Source of the DNA: Planctomycetia bacterium
GTDB taxonomy: Bacteria > Planctomycetota > Planctomycetia > Pirellulales > Thermoguttaceae
Assembly: GCA_030527705.1 (NCBI GenBank)
Contig: JAUNAI010000001.1
Coordinates: 1-55,512 of the forward strand
Direction: 5' to 3'
Length of the DNA: 55,512 nucleotides
Under the pieces are notes generated by a model. The model was not told the DNA's origin. It did no database searches and saw only the letters and a program-made list of their open reading frames with translations. Shown piece after piece: positions 17,997-27,828 of this stretch. Positions within the stretch are counted from its first letter, which is position 1; the number at the start of each line of letters is the position of its first letter. The translations under genes were made by a program, and so were the position numbers.

Positions 17997-19955
17997 TCAC
18001 ACCGTTCCCGGCTCGTATTTCAGTGTTTTCTCCCGGATTTCTTTTAGGAACAGTTCAATTGCGGATTCTAACGTGAAATTCCCTAAACTTCCCACAATTC
18101 GGTCACGAATTGCCACCGTTTTTCCTTCCGCCTCGCGTTCACCGATAATCAGCATATATGGCGCGAGCTGAAGCTGTGCACGTCGAATTTTGGCGCCAAT
18201 TTTTTCGGACCGATAATCACCGAAAACGCGTATTCCCCGTGACCGAAGCGCTTCTTCAATTTGGAGTGCGTAGGTTTCATATTTCGGACTGACGATTAAA
18301 ATCCGGACCTGTTCCGGTGCGAGCCACAGCGGAAATGCACCCGCAAAATGTTCGATTAACACACCGATGAAACGTTCGAAAGAATCTAGCGGCGTGCAGT
18401 GTAGCATGACCGGACGATGCAGATGATTATCCGTTCCGACGTATGATAGGTCGAAACTTTCCTCGCTTGGTAGATTAAAATCGATATGAATAATTCCGAA
18501 ATGCCAGTCACGCTCTAGTGAGTCTTCTGCCACAAAATCAATTCCTGGTCCTTCCGGATGTACCTCACCATTCGGAATCGCAGGAAGTCCCAGACGGCGA
18601 CACTCTTCCAGAATCATTGCCTCATAATATTCCCACTGTTCTTGCGTTCCACTGTATTTCACTCCATTTTCGGAACGGAAACAGGTCTGAATGCGTAGAT
18701 TTTTGAATCCGAACATTCTTAAATTATCACGGAGCATTTCCAGACATCGCCGAAACTCCGTCGCTACCTGGGTCGGCTCACAGAAAATATGAGTGTCGTT
18801 CCGCGTAAATGCACGTACCCGTTTCAGTCCGGAAAGTTCACCGGATGGTTCATAACGGCAGACGTTTCCGAACTCAAAAAAACGCAGTGGTAATTCCCGG
18901 TAACTCCGTGGGTGGTTCTGATAAATTGTGACATGCTGAGGTCCACAGGTGGGGCGAAGAACATAACAGTCGTTCCGTTCCACCTCAAAAAGTGGGTAAC
19001 AACTTTCGGAATCATACGGATTTTTGCCCGTAATTCGATATAGCCCTGCTCGTCCGATTTCAGGTGAATAAACGCGCTGGAAACCATAACCGGTAAGTCT
19101 TTCTACGAGAAAAGCCTCAATCTGCTGTCGAATTACTGCTCCTTTCGGTAACCAGAGCACTAATCCGGAGCCGACACGTGGGTCGAAAGAGTATAGTTCC
19201 AGATGTTTTCCGAGAATCCGGTGGTCGCGTTTCCGCGCTTCTTCCAGATGTGCGAGGTGTTTCTCTAATTCATTCTCATGAAAAAAAGCTGTCCCGTACA
19301 CACGCTGTAACGGTTTCTGTGTGTTTCCTTTCCAGTTCGACTCCGCAACGGAGAGTAATTTAAAATGTTGTAACATCCGCGCATTCAGTACGTGCGGTCC
19401 TCGGCTTAAGTCAAGAAATTCCCCCTGTCGGTAAAAAAAGACGGTTGGAAACTCACGCAGATTCGTTCTCAGATGTTCCAGTTTCATTGGCTGATTCATG
19501 GATTCTAGGATTCGCTCTGCTTTCTCTCGCGGAATGATAAGACACTCGAATGTTCCTCCTTGCTCCGTCAGTCGACGCATTTCTGCTTCAATCTGTGGAA
19601 AGTCAGCTTCCGTAATTTGGTGTTCAAGCGAAAAATCATAATAAAATCCATTTTCGACAGACGGACCGAAACCGAGTTGGACGTTGGGGAAAAGTCGCAT
19701 GACCGCTCGTGCCATAAGGTGAGCAGTACTGTGACGCAAAATTTCCAGCGCAGCTGCGGAATCGGAATAGAGAAAGTCAAGATTTATCGGTCCAGAGGTT
19801 GGTACAATCGTCTGTAACCCGACAACTTCACCATTCAGACACGCAGCAACAGGAAAACGCGTGGAATTGGGGCGGGATTTGGAGGCTAAATCCGACAGTC
19901 TTACAGGAAAAAGAGTCGGAGTGGAGGTGTTTTTAAAATGGGGATTGTCGAGCAT
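17997..19955 (-). CDS. thrS: threonine--tRNA ligase
   Basis: Recognisable by HSTAHLMARAV and the class II core and anticodon-binding region. The start is uncertain: ATG 19955 or TTG 19988, and neither has a clear RBS. The N-terminal TGS region looks shortened. Confidence 0.9.
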   Translation of the reverse strand: MLDNPHFKNTSTPTLFPVRLSDLASKSRPNSTRFPVAACLNGEVVGLQTIVPTSGPINLDFLYSDSAAALEILRHSTAHLMARAVMRLFPNVQLGFGPSVENGFYYDFSLEHQITEADFPQIEAEMRRLTEQGGTFECLIIPREKAERILESMNQPMKLEHLRTNLREFPTVFFYRQGEFLDLSRGPHVLNARMLQHFKLLSVAESNWKGNTQKPLQRVYGTAFFHENELEKHLAHLEEARKRDHRILGKHLELYSFDPRVGSGLVLWLPKGAVIRQQIEAFLVERLTGYGFQRVYSPEIGRAGLYRITGKNPYDSESCYPLFEVERNDCYVLRPTCGPQHVTIYQNHPRSYRELPLRFFEFGNVCRYEPSGELSGLKRVRAFTRNDTHIFCEPTQVATEFRRCLEMLRDNLRMFGFKNLRIQTCFRSENGVKYSGTQEQWEYYEAMILEECRRLGLPAIPNGEVHPEGPGIDFVAEDSLERDWHFGIIHIDFNLPSEESFDLSYVGTDNHLHRPVMLHCTPLDSFERFIGVLIEHFAGAFPLWLAPEQVRILIVSPKYETYALQIEEALRSRGIRVFGDYRSEKIGAKIRRAQLQLAPYMLIIGEREAEGKTVAIRDRIVGSLGNFTLESAIELFLKEIREKTLKYEPGTV

Positions 19956-20202
19956 ATCAGGCCTGCGCAATTTTAGGAAAACGGACAATACGGGAGCCGC
20001 TAAAAAATTATAACTTGAAATGAAAAAAATTACAAGGGTTTCGCAGTATGAAAAAAGAAAAAAGTCGGAAATTTTTTGGGAAAGTAGTGAAGATAGAGAG
20101 AATAAGAAAGAGATTTTATTAAAAAAGAAGGAAAGAGTGTTAAGAAAAATGGAGAAATTTTAGAAAATTGCGAAAAAATCTTAAAAAAGTCGTCACCCCC
20201 CC

Positions 20203-20230
20203 TTGTAAATCTGTGAAAATCGGTTATACT
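20203..20230 (+). promoter_or_regulatory. candidate promoter TTGTAA-N16-TATACT (distal rpsJ promoter)
   Basis: Preceded by a C7 tract and GAAAATT-type repeats. Confidence 0.45.
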
Positions 20231-20279
20231 TCTGTCTCTTGTCTGTGGGGAGTTTTTTCAGTGGTTGAAGAACCCCCCA

Positions 20280-20307
20280 TTGACAAAAAAGTAAAAACGG
20301 GTAGAAT
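20280..20307 (+). promoter_or_regulatory. candidate promoter TTGACA-N16-TAGAAT (proximal rpsJ promoter)
   Basis: Perfect -35 preceded by a C6 tract. It lies about 75 nt upstream of the rpsJ GTG. Confidence 0.55.
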
Positions 20308-20381
20308 ATACCCCGCAAATTGGGCACTAGTCCAATTGTTGGTATCTTTGGAAATGTGGAAAGTGTGAACAGGAGGCTCTA

Positions 20382-20708
20382 GTGGCTGGACAGAGTAGTA
20401 ATAATATCAGAATCCGAATGGAAGCTTATGATCATTCGATCATCGATCAAAGCTCAGCGGAAATTGTAGATACTGCAAAGCGCACCGGCTCAGTCGTCCG
20501 CGGTCCGATTCCACTTCCTACACGGATTGAACGTTACACCGTCCTTTCTAGTCCGCATGTTGACAAAAAAGCTCGTCAGCAGTTTGAGATTCGTACTCAT
20601 AAACGTCTGATTGACATTGCAGATGTCTCTCCCAAGACGATTGATGCATTGAACAAGCTCAGTCTGCCGGCAGGTGTGGAAATCAAAATTAAGGCCAACG
20701 GTCGTTAA
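20382..20708 (+). CDS. rpsJ: 30S ribosomal protein S10
   Basis: GTG start 5 nt after AGGAGG. The sequence contains [10 protein letters not shown]...GPIPLPT...[21 protein letters not shown]. Confidence 0.95.
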   Translation: MAGQSSNNIRIRMEAYDHSIIDQSSAEIVDTAKRTGSVVRGPIPLPTRIERYTVLSSPHVDKKARQQFEIRTHKRLIDIADVSPKTIDALNKLSLPAGVEIKIKANGR

Positions 20709-20909
20709 TTTTGGATAGTGAGACGTAATCCTTGGGAAGGTGCTTCGGCACCACAGATGGATTCGGTAAACAGTCGTATAAGTTAAGCCGCACAATCGCG
20801 GTAAACGGTTTCAGTTTATTAGCAGTACAAGTTGATGGTTTTCGGGTAAACACCGTGTCTTAAGAAAGCGGAGGGTTCCCGAAAGGCGATACAAGAAAAG
20901 GTGAGAACG

Positions 20910-21635
20910 ATGAGTGTTGGATTGCTCGGACGCAAAATTGGAATGACACAGGTCTATGAAGTGACTGGAAAAGCGATTCCGGTTACGGTTCTGGAGTTGG
21001 GTCCTTGTGATGTCCTTCAGGTGAAAACCAATGAAAAAGACGGTTATGAAGCCGTTCAGATTGGTTTCGATGACAAAAAAAGTTCTTGCGCGTCACGTTC
21101 AGAACGTGGTCATGTCGCTAATATCGACAGCAAACGTCAGAATAAAAAAGCTGCATCGGGAGTGGCAATGGCTCCCAAAGCCGGCTGTGAAGCGAAAAAA
21201 TTCATCAAAGAATTTGTTACCTCCGTCGAAGGTTTTGAAGTTGGTCAGAAACTGGATCTGTCCGTTTTTGACGGCATCACTGCTGTTGACGTGATTGGAA
21301 TTAGCAAAGGTCGCGGTTACGCAGGTACTATGACTCGTCATAATTTCGCGGGTCAGCGCGCCAGCCACGGTGTTAAAAAATGCCATCGTCACATGGGTGG
21401 TACGGGTTGCAGTGCTTATCCGTCCCGTGTTCTGAAAGGCAAGAAAATGCCGGGTCAGTATGGTAACGTCCGTACGACCATCCGCAACATCGCCATTATT
21501 AAGATCGATGTGGAGAATAACCTCATGCTCATCAAGGGTGGAGTTCCGGGGCCGAATGGTGGTTATGTCACTGTCCGTCCGACGAATATGCTCCCCCGTC
21601 CGCGCAAATTCAATGGTGAGTTGGTCGCTAACTGA
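20910..21635 (+). CDS. rplC: 50S ribosomal protein L3
   Basis: Begins MSVGLLGRKIGMTQVY. Conserved operon position. I prefer ATG 20910 over the upstream GTG 20901. Confidence 0.95.
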   Translation: MSVGLLGRKIGMTQVYEVTGKAIPVTVLELGPCDVLQVKTNEKDGYEAVQIGFDDKKSSCASRSERGHVANIDSKRQNKKAASGVAMAPKAGCEAKKFIKEFVTSVEGFEVGQKLDLSVFDGITAVDVIGISKGRGYAGTMTRHNFAGQRASHGVKKCHRHMGGTGCSAYPSRVLKGKKMPGQYGNVRTTIRNIAIIKIDVENNLMLIKGGVPGPNGGYVTVRPTNMLPRPRKFNGELVAN

Positions 21636-21904
21636 CTTACGCGCCAGAAATGAAATACACGAGGGAGGGTTTCTCTCCCTCTGAGAAAAAGGATGACGGT
21701 GAAACCCCGTCGCTCTCGAAGAAGTATTTCTTCGCCCCGTCGAACCGTATTTTTACAAAGCTTAACGGCGTGTAAAAGAATATAACCGAAGTTCTGCTCA
21801 TGCCGAACGGATTGACAGGTTCGCAAAACGCTTGATTTGAGTGCAGTTGCATTTTCACCTTAGAGCGTTTGGTTAGAAACTCAATTTATAGAAAGATTTT
21901 TATC

Positions 21905-22546
21905 ATGGTCAGTCTGCCAATTTATGACCGCACCGGAAAACAGGTGGATACGTACGAATTTGACGTGAATGAACTCGCGGATCGTATTAGTGTTCAGTTG
22001 TTGCATGATGCGGTTGTTATGTATCAGTCGAACATGCGCCAGGGCACCGCGAAAACCAAGACCCGCGGTGAAGTCGCTGGATCTACCAAGAAAATGTACC
22101 GTCAGAAGGGTACTGGTAATGCACGAGCTGGATCAAAACGCTCTGGCGTTCGTCGCGGTGGTGGTCATATCAAAGCCAAAACCCCGCGTGATTGGCGTCT
22201 TGCAATGCCACGCAAAGCGATGCAGCTTGCTACGCGTATGGCTCTCCGTTCCAAGTTTGAAGGCGAAAAAGTCATCATCGTTGAAGACTTCCAGTTAGAA
22301 GCTCCGAAAACGAAGGAAATGGCTTCCGTTCTCAGCGCTCTGAATGTTGCTGGTAAAACGGCCCTTTTCGCCACCTGTGGTTACAATGTGAACATCTACA
22401 AGAGTGGACGCAACATTCCGGGTCTGCAGATTCTTCCGATGAGCGATATCAATGCTCTGGAAATTCTGAAGCCGAAGTGTGTTGTTGTGACTCGCGCTGC
22501 GCTTGATGCGTTCCGCGGAACAATCGCCGCCAAGAAAAACGCTTGA
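21905..22546 (+). CDS. rplD: 50S ribosomal protein L4
   Basis: Contains MVSLPIYDRTGK...KGTGNARAGSKRSGVRRGGG. I prefer ATG 21905. Confidence 0.93.
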   Translation: MVSLPIYDRTGKQVDTYEFDVNELADRISVQLLHDAVVMYQSNMRQGTAKTKTRGEVAGSTKKMYRQKGTGNARAGSKRSGVRRGGGHIKAKTPRDWRLAMPRKAMQLATRMALRSKFEGEKVIIVEDFQLEAPKTKEMASVLSALNVAGKTALFATCGYNVNIYKSGRNIPGLQILPMSDINALEILKPKCVVVTRAALDAFRGTIAAKKNA

Positions 22547-22561
22547 TGAAAGGGACGAATA

Positions 22562-22951
22562 ATGAATGATATTATCAGTGCCGGCTTGTTTTTGGAGCCA
22601 TACCAGATTATTCTCCGTCCGCTCGTCACGGAAAAAGGCGTCATGTTGACCGACAAAACGTTCAAACGTGCGAAACGTGATGCGGAAGGTAACAAAGTCC
22701 GCGATTCGAAAGGCAATGTTGTTTGGGAAGAAGTTTCTCAGAATGCCTATTCTTTCCAGGTTCACACTAGTGCCACGAAAGAAGAAATCAAAGACGCGAT
22801 TGAAAAACTTTATGATGTGAAAGTCGTCAAAGTGAACACTCAGAACCGTAAAGGAAAGCAGCGTCGTTTCAAGCAGCGCCTTTTCAAAACGGGCGATTGG
22901 AAAAAGGCGATTGTTTATCTCGATGCTGAGAGCCGTATCGACTTTGTTTGA
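22562..22951 (+). CDS. rplW: 50S ribosomal protein L23 (with an internal insertion, 129 aa)
   Basis: Has L23 ends (ILRPLVTEKG ... YSFQVHTSATKEEIKDAIEKLYDVKV). A basic insert of about 30 aa is not seen in the short L23 proteins I remember. Confidence 0.9.
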   Translation: MNDIISAGLFLEPYQIILRPLVTEKGVMLTDKTFKRAKRDAEGNKVRDSKGNVVWEEVSQNAYSFQVHTSATKEEIKDAIEKLYDVKVVKVNTQNRKGKQRRFKQRLFKTGDWKKAIVYLDAESRIDFV

Positions 22952-23088
22952 GTTTAGTGTTCCGGCGCAAGCGAGCTAAGAAATAGTAAGTGACCGCCGG
23001 ATTTGGAAAGTGATTGTGCAAAGACACCCTTAGTGTCAGTAAAACGATCACGAAGTTGAGAATTCAACTTGGAAATGGATGTGAATCA

Positions 23089-23949
23089 ATGGGAATTCGA
23101 CATTACAAGCCTACTTCTCCAGGACGTCGCGGAGCCAGCGTCAGCGATTTCGCTGATCTGACGCCGGGAGCAAAGCCGGAGAAATCGCTTCTGGAACCGA
23201 AGCGCCGCACCAATGGTCGCAATAATCAGGGAATTATCACTTGTCGTCATCGTGGTGGCGGTCACAAACGTGCTTATCGTTTGATTGACTTCCGTCGTAA
23301 CAAGGACGGCGTCCCGGCTATTGTGGACTCGGTACAGTACGACCCGAACCGTACTGCGCGTATTGCGCTTCTGAAATATGCCGATGGTGAAAAACGTTAC
23401 ATCATCGCCCCGAACGGACTGAAAAAAGGCATGAAAGTTGTTTCCGGCGCGGACGCTGTCAGCGATGTTGGAAACTGCCTGCCACTTGCTAAAATCCCGC
23501 AGGGTAGCACAATTCATAATATCGAACTTCAGCCTGGAAGCGGCGCGTGCATGTGCCGTTCTGCTGGAACGTATGCGACGCTGGTCGCGAAAGACGTCGA
23601 ATGGGCGCAGATTGTTCTTCCGAGTGGTGAAATTCGCCGTGTTCCGGCACAGTGCCGTGCGGTCATCGGTATGGTTGGTAACTCCGACCACATGAATATC
23701 GTCATCGGTAAAGCCGGTCGTATGCGTTGGATGGGTCGTCGTCCCCACGTTCGTGGTACCGCGATGAACCCGATTGACCACCCGCACGGTGGTGGTGAAG
23801 GCCGTACCAAGGGCGGTCGTAACCCGGTTACCCCGCAGGGTAAACCGACGAAAGGTCATTCGACTCGTAGTCGTCATAAGTCTTCGAATAAAGCAATCGT
23901 TCGTCGTCGTAAGTCGCGACGTTATGGACAACTTAAACTTCCAGGTTAG
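23089..23949 (+). CDS. rplB: 50S ribosomal protein L2
   Basis: Contains [15 protein letters not shown]...GGGHKR.YR..DF...HPHGGGEG. Confidence 0.95.
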   Translation: MGIRHYKPTSPGRRGASVSDFADLTPGAKPEKSLLEPKRRTNGRNNQGIITCRHRGGGHKRAYRLIDFRRNKDGVPAIVDSVQYDPNRTARIALLKYADGEKRYIIAPNGLKKGMKVVSGADAVSDVGNCLPLAKIPQGSTIHNIELQPGSGACMCRSAGTYATLVAKDVEWAQIVLPSGEIRRVPAQCRAVIGMVGNSDHMNIVIGKAGRMRWMGRRPHVRGTAMNPIDHPHGGGEGRTKGGRNPVTPQGKPTKGHSTRSRHKSSNKAIVRRRKSRRYGQLKLPG

Positions 23950-23961
23950 GATTAAAGAACA

Positions 23962-24231
23962 ATGGGACGATCGTCAAAAAAAGGACCGTTTGTTGAGCGG
24001 AGTTTGTTCATCAAGGTTGAAAAGCAGCTGGAAGCCGGCACAAAAGAACCGATTAAAACCTGGTCTCGCCGTTGTGTCATTATTCCTGAATTTGTAGGTT
24101 TCACCTTCATGGTTCATAATGGTAAACAGTTCGTCAACTGCTTCGTAACAGAAGAAATGGTTGGTCACAGACTTGGTGAATTTGCTCCTACGCGTATTTT
24201 CCGCGGCCACGGTGGCAAAGGCAAACGTTAA
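23962..24231 (+). CDS. rpsS: 30S ribosomal protein S19
   Basis: Contains [11 protein letters not shown]...VHNGKQF...[11 protein letters not shown]. Confidence 0.95.
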   Translation: MGRSSKKGPFVERSLFIKVEKQLEAGTKEPIKTWSRRCVIIPEFVGFTFMVHNGKQFVNCFVTEEMVGHRLGEFAPTRIFRGHGGKGKR

Positions 24232-24286
24232 TCAGAAATAAACGCGGGATTTATGGTTAAATTCCGCCAATAAGAGGAAAGTAGTC

Positions 24287-24628
24287 ATGCCGTACAAAGC
24301 ATTGTATCGTTATGCAAGAATTAGCCCGCGGAAGCTGCGTTATATGGCAGATTTGGTCCGTGGGAAAGACGCGGATGAAGCTCTCGAAATTTTGAAGTAT
24401 CAGCCGAACCGTGGCGCGCGTATGGTCGAATTGGTCATCAAGAGTGCGCTTGGTAACGCTCGTGATAAAAATGAACAGAAAATTGATGAGCTTCGTATTA
24501 CAGAGCTCTGTGTCGATGGCGGACCGATGTTCAAACGTTTCCGTCCGAAGGCACGTGGTTCTGCCACAGTGATTAAAAAACGAATGTCGCACATTCGGGT
24601 TACATTAGACATTCCGGAAGAGGCGTAA
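24287..24628 (+). CDS. rplV: 50S ribosomal protein L22
   Basis: Contains ARISPRKLRYMADLVRGK and has the conserved position. Confidence 0.95.
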   Translation: MPYKALYRYARISPRKLRYMADLVRGKDADEALEILKYQPNRGARMVELVIKSALGNARDKNEQKIDELRITELCVDGGPMFKRFRPKARGSATVIKKRMSHIRVTLDIPEEA

Positions 24629-24629
24629 C

Positions 24630-25355
24630 ATGGGACAAAAAGTTAATCCGACAGGTTATCGTACAGGTGTTTTCCTTGGTTGGAAAAGTCGTTGGTATGC
24701 TTCCAAGAAAGAATTCAGCGAACTTTTGGTCGAAGATCAGAAAATTCGTAAATTCATTAAAACTCGCAAAGCGACGACGAAAGACAATCACGAAGTCAAC
24801 ATGTACCCGATGATTTCGAAAATCGAAATCGAACGTACCCGTGACGCTGTGAAATTGATCATTTTCTCCGGTCGTGCACGTGACTTGACGCGCAACGAAG
24901 GCAAAGTGATTACGGAGCTTACGGAAGATTTGCAGAATCTGATTGGACGTCGTTTCACGATTGAAGTTCGTGAGATTCGTTCCAGTCACAAAGATGCTCA
25001 GCTTGTTGCTGAAGACATCGGAGATCAGCTTGTGAAACGCGCGAGTTTCCGCCGAGTGATGAAACGCTCGATGGAAGATGCGATGAAAGATGGAGCGAAA
25101 GGGATTAAAATCCAGCTTTCTGGTCGTTTAGGCGGAGCTGAAATGTCCCGTACGGAAACGTCCATTCAAGGATCGATTCCGCTTTCGACGTTGCGCGCCA
25201 ATATCGATTATGGCTTCTATGAAGCGAAAATTGCTCAGGGTCACATCGGTATCCAGGTTTGGATCAACAACGGTGAATATGGTGACAAAGACGAAGCGGC
25301 TGAAGCAGATGTGAAAACGTCTCGTGGCCCGAGAAAATCGTATAAGCGAGGGTAG
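24630..25355 (+). CDS. rpsC: 30S ribosomal protein S3
   Basis: Contains MGQKVNPTGYR...GAKGIKIQLSGRLGGAEMSR. Confidence 0.95.
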   Translation: MGQKVNPTGYRTGVFLGWKSRWYASKKEFSELLVEDQKIRKFIKTRKATTKDNHEVNMYPMISKIEIERTRDAVKLIIFSGRARDLTRNEGKVITELTEDLQNLIGRRFTIEVREIRSSHKDAQLVAEDIGDQLVKRASFRRVMKRSMEDAMKDGAKGIKIQLSGRLGGAEMSRTETSIQGSIPLSTLRANIDYGFYEAKIAQGHIGIQVWINNGEYGDKDEAAEADVKTSRGPRKSYKRG

Positions 25356-25360
25356 TAATC

Positions 25361-25777
25361 ATGGCGATGATGCCGAAACGTATTAAGCACAGAAAAGTGC
25401 AGAGAGGCCGTATCACAGGCGTCGCGTCACGCGGTTGCCGAGTCGTCTTTGGTGACTTCGCCTTACAGGCGGTTCAAGGCGGCTGGATTCCGGCGAAGAC
25501 GATTGAAGCGGGTCGTATTGCTGCTCAGCAGTACCTCCGCGGCGAAGGTAAATTGTACATTCGTATTTTCCCAAACAAACCGATTACGTCGATTCCGTTG
25601 GAAACACGTATGGGTAAGGGAAAAGGTGAACCCGAATATTGGGCAGCGGTTGTGAAGCCGGGTACCGTACTTTACGAAGTTGGTGGCACGACCGAAGATG
25701 CAGCGCGTCTTTGCTTGGCGCGTCTTGCTCACAAGATGCCGATTCGTGTTCGTATGATCCGCAGACGTTTGAAGTAA
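25361..25777 (+). CDS. rplP: 50S ribosomal protein L16
   Basis: Contains [15 protein letters not shown]...[14 protein letters not shown]. Confidence 0.95.
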   Translation: MAMMPKRIKHRKVQRGRITGVASRGCRVVFGDFALQAVQGGWIPAKTIEAGRIAAQQYLRGEGKLYIRIFPNKPITSIPLETRMGKGKGEPEYWAAVVKPGTVLYEVGGTTEDAARLCLARLAHKMPIRVRMIRRRLK

Positions 25778-25803
25778 ATTTTACAAGAGGAAGAGAGTAA
25801 ACT

Positions 25804-26001
25804 ATGAAGGCGAAAGTACTCCGCGAACAGAGTAACGAACAGCTTCAGAACACGTTGCAAGAGGCGATTGATGCGCTCTTCACCTTGCGTCTTCAAGCGC
25901 AAAACGAACGTTTGAATGCTTCGAGCGAGTTGAAGCGCAATCGTAAACTGATTGCACAGGTCAAAACGATCCTGCGGGAACGCGTGGCAGAAGAAGTCTG
26001 A
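25804..26001 (+). CDS. rpmC: 50S ribosomal protein L29
   Basis: 65 aa containing LREQSNEQLQ...LFTLRLQ. Conserved position. Confidence 0.9.
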   Translation: MKAKVLREQSNEQLQNTLQEAIDALFTLRLQAQNERLNASSELKRNRKLIAQVKTILRERVAEEV

Positions 26002-26028
26002 ACTCATTGAAAAGAAGGATTGATTATT

Positions 26029-26322
26029 ATGCCGAAAAGAGTAGCCGTTGGTGTCGTTACGAGCGATAAAATGGATAAGACGCGGCGGGTTGAAATTTCC
26101 CGTCTCGAACAGCATGAAAAGTACGGGAAATTCATCCGTCAGAAGACGGTCTGCACCGTTCACGATGAGAACAACGAATCTCACCTTGGCGATACGGTGA
26201 AAATTGAAGAATGCCCGCCGAAATCGAAGATGAAGCGCTGGACTTTTGTCAGTGTCGTCTCGAAGAGTCGTCTGGTTGACGTGAACGCGATGAGAGCGAA
26301 TGCGGAAGCCGCGAAAAAGTAA
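26029..26322 (+). CDS. rpsQ: 30S ribosomal protein S17
   Basis: Contains MPKRVAVGVVTSDKMDKT..V.....HEKYGK. ATG 26029 has an AAGAAGGA RBS. Confidence 0.93.
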   Translation: MPKRVAVGVVTSDKMDKTRRVEISRLEQHEKYGKFIRQKTVCTVHDENNESHLGDTVKIEECPPKSKMKRWTFVSVVSKSRLVDVNAMRANAEAAKK

Positions 26323-26376
26323 ATAGTTAGGGGTTGTTTCAACCACAATTTAGAATAGAAAAGATCAGGTGTTGTA

Positions 26377-26745
26377 ATGATCCAGATGCAGACCCGGCTC
26401 GCAGTGGCCGATAACACGGGTGCAAAAGAACTGATGTGCATCAAGGTTCTTGGCGGTACTCACAAACGTACTGCAGGAATCGGCGATGTAATCGTTTGCA
26501 GCATCAAAAGTGTTATCCCTGGCAGCGATATGAAAAAGGGTGGCGTTTGTCGTGCGGTTATTGTACGTACATCGTATCCTGTCCGTCGTGAAGATGGCAG
26601 CTACGTCCGTTTCGATTCGAACGCTGCAGTTATTATTGATAAAGACAACAATCCGCGTGGAACGCGTATCTTCGGTGCAGTCGCACGTGAACTTCGTGAA
26701 AACGGGTTTATGAAGATTGTGAGTCTCGCAAGTGAGGTGCTCTGA
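26377..26745 (+). CDS. rplN: 50S ribosomal protein L14
   Basis: Contains [27 protein letters not shown]. Confidence 0.96.
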   Translation: MIQMQTRLAVADNTGAKELMCIKVLGGTHKRTAGIGDVIVCSIKSVIPGSDMKKGGVCRAVIVRTSYPVRREDGSYVRFDSNAAVIIDKDNNPRGTRIFGAVARELRENGFMKIVSLASEVL

Positions 26746-27077
26746 TGCGTATTCGTAAGGGTGATAAAGTTGAAATTATTTCCGGTTTTGGTAAAGGGAC
26801 GCAGTCTCGTGTTACGAGTGTGGACCGTGAAGCTGGAAAAGTTGTTGTCGAAGGTGTGAACACCGTTACCAAACATATTCGTCCGAACAAACAGAACCCG
26901 CAGGGTGGTCGTCTGCAGATCGATAAACCGATCTCGCAGTCGAACGTGCAGGTAGTCTGTGAAGCGTGCGGCAAACCGGCTCGTATGGGCGCTCGTATTC
27001 TCGAAGACGGAACGAAAGAACGCTACTGCAAAAAATGTGGAGCGGGTAATGGACAGATTTCCAAGGCCAAAAACTAA
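26745..27077 (+). CDS. rplX: 50S ribosomal protein L24 (variant with CxxC-N19-CxxC)
   Basis: The ATG overlaps the rplN stop. It has the KOW motif IRKGDKVEIISGFGKG, and cysteines at positions 72, 75, 95 and 98. Confidence 0.93.
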   Translation: MRIRKGDKVEIISGFGKGTQSRVTSVDREAGKVVVEGVNTVTKHIRPNKQNPQGGRLQIDKPISQSNVQVVCEACGKPARMGARILEDGTKERYCKKCGAGNGQISKAKN

Positions 27078-27137
27078 GAAATTTGCAAAAAATTTTGAAT
27101 TATCGAGAAAATTTCGATAAATTTGGCTAGGGAACCC

Positions 27138-27165
27138 TTGAAAAATTTCTGGAGAAGGTTATAAT
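27138..27165 (+). promoter_or_regulatory. promoter-like site TTGAAA-N16-TATAAT inside the ribosomal cluster (upstream of rplE)
   Basis: CCC-TTGAAA at 27135-27143 and a perfect TATAAT at 27160-27165. GAAAATTT-type repeats lie upstream. The site sits in a 191-nt rplX-rplE spacer. Confidence 0.5.
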
Positions 27166-27268
27166 AATCTTCTCCATACATAATCTGATTATGCTGTTAT
27201 AGTCAGATGAAGGCAAGTTAAGGAAGCTATGTGGGTTGTATACGCAACTCACCAGAACGGTTAGAGAT

Positions 27269-27817
27269 ATGATTCCCCGACTTCAGGAAAAATACAAGAA
27301 TGAGATTCTTCCGGCGCTGAAAAGTGAGCTGGACATTAAGAATCCCATGGCTCTACCCAAGATTGAGAAAATCATCGTCAACATGGGTGTTGGTTCCGCG
27401 ATCAACGAGAAAAAACACCTTGAAGAAGCTGTCGATGCACTTTCTCAGATTACCGGTCAGAAGCCAATCGTTACGGCTGCTCGTAAATCCATCGCAGGAT
27501 TTCGTCTCCGTGAAGGCATGAAAATTGGGTGCAAAGTTACACTTCGTCATCAGCGGATGTATGAATTTTTGGACCGTCTTATCAGTATCGCTCTCCCGCG
27601 AGTCCGCGACTTCCGTGGTTTGAATCCGAATGGTTTCGACCGTCGTGGTAACTACAATATGGGCCTTACAGAACAGATCGTGTTCCCGGAATTGAATCCT
27701 GACAAATTCACGCGCCCGCAGGGTATGACGATTACCATTGTGACCTCTGCAAAGAACGACGACGATGCTCGTTTGTTGCTGAAGAAATTTGGTATGCCGT
27801 TTCGCGCAGATAAATAA
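27269..27817 (+). CDS. rplE: 50S ribosomal protein L5
   Basis: Contains [13 protein letters not shown]...VNMGVG...[17 protein letters not shown] prefer ATG 27269. Confidence 0.93.
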   Translation: MIPRLQEKYKNEILPALKSELDIKNPMALPKIEKIIVNMGVGSAINEKKHLEEAVDALSQITGQKPIVTAARKSIAGFRLREGMKIGCKVTLRHQRMYEFLDRLISIALPRVRDFRGLNPNGFDRRGNYNMGLTEQIVFPELNPDKFTRPQGMTITIVTSAKNDDDARLLLKKFGMPFRADK

Positions 27818-27828
27818 GGGAAATTAAA

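Noticed and set aside
20168-20368. 66-aa ORF upstream of rpsJ.
   Set aside because: It overlaps both candidate rpsJ promoters and the leader, and has no RBS or recognisable motifs.
19956-20381. Search for a T-box, riboswitch or other known leader upstream of thrS (and similarly upstream of metG at 9539-9849).
   Set aside because: I could not recognise a specifier loop or T-box sequence, or any known riboswitch core. The regions are purine- and A-rich, promoter-type DNA.
23086-23931. 281-aa minus-strand ORF, with similar antisense ORFs at 24600-24989, 25729-26346, 28442-29068, 29062-29454 and 30076-30600.
   Set aside because: All lie opposite well-supported ribosomal protein genes and show biased, non-protein-like composition.
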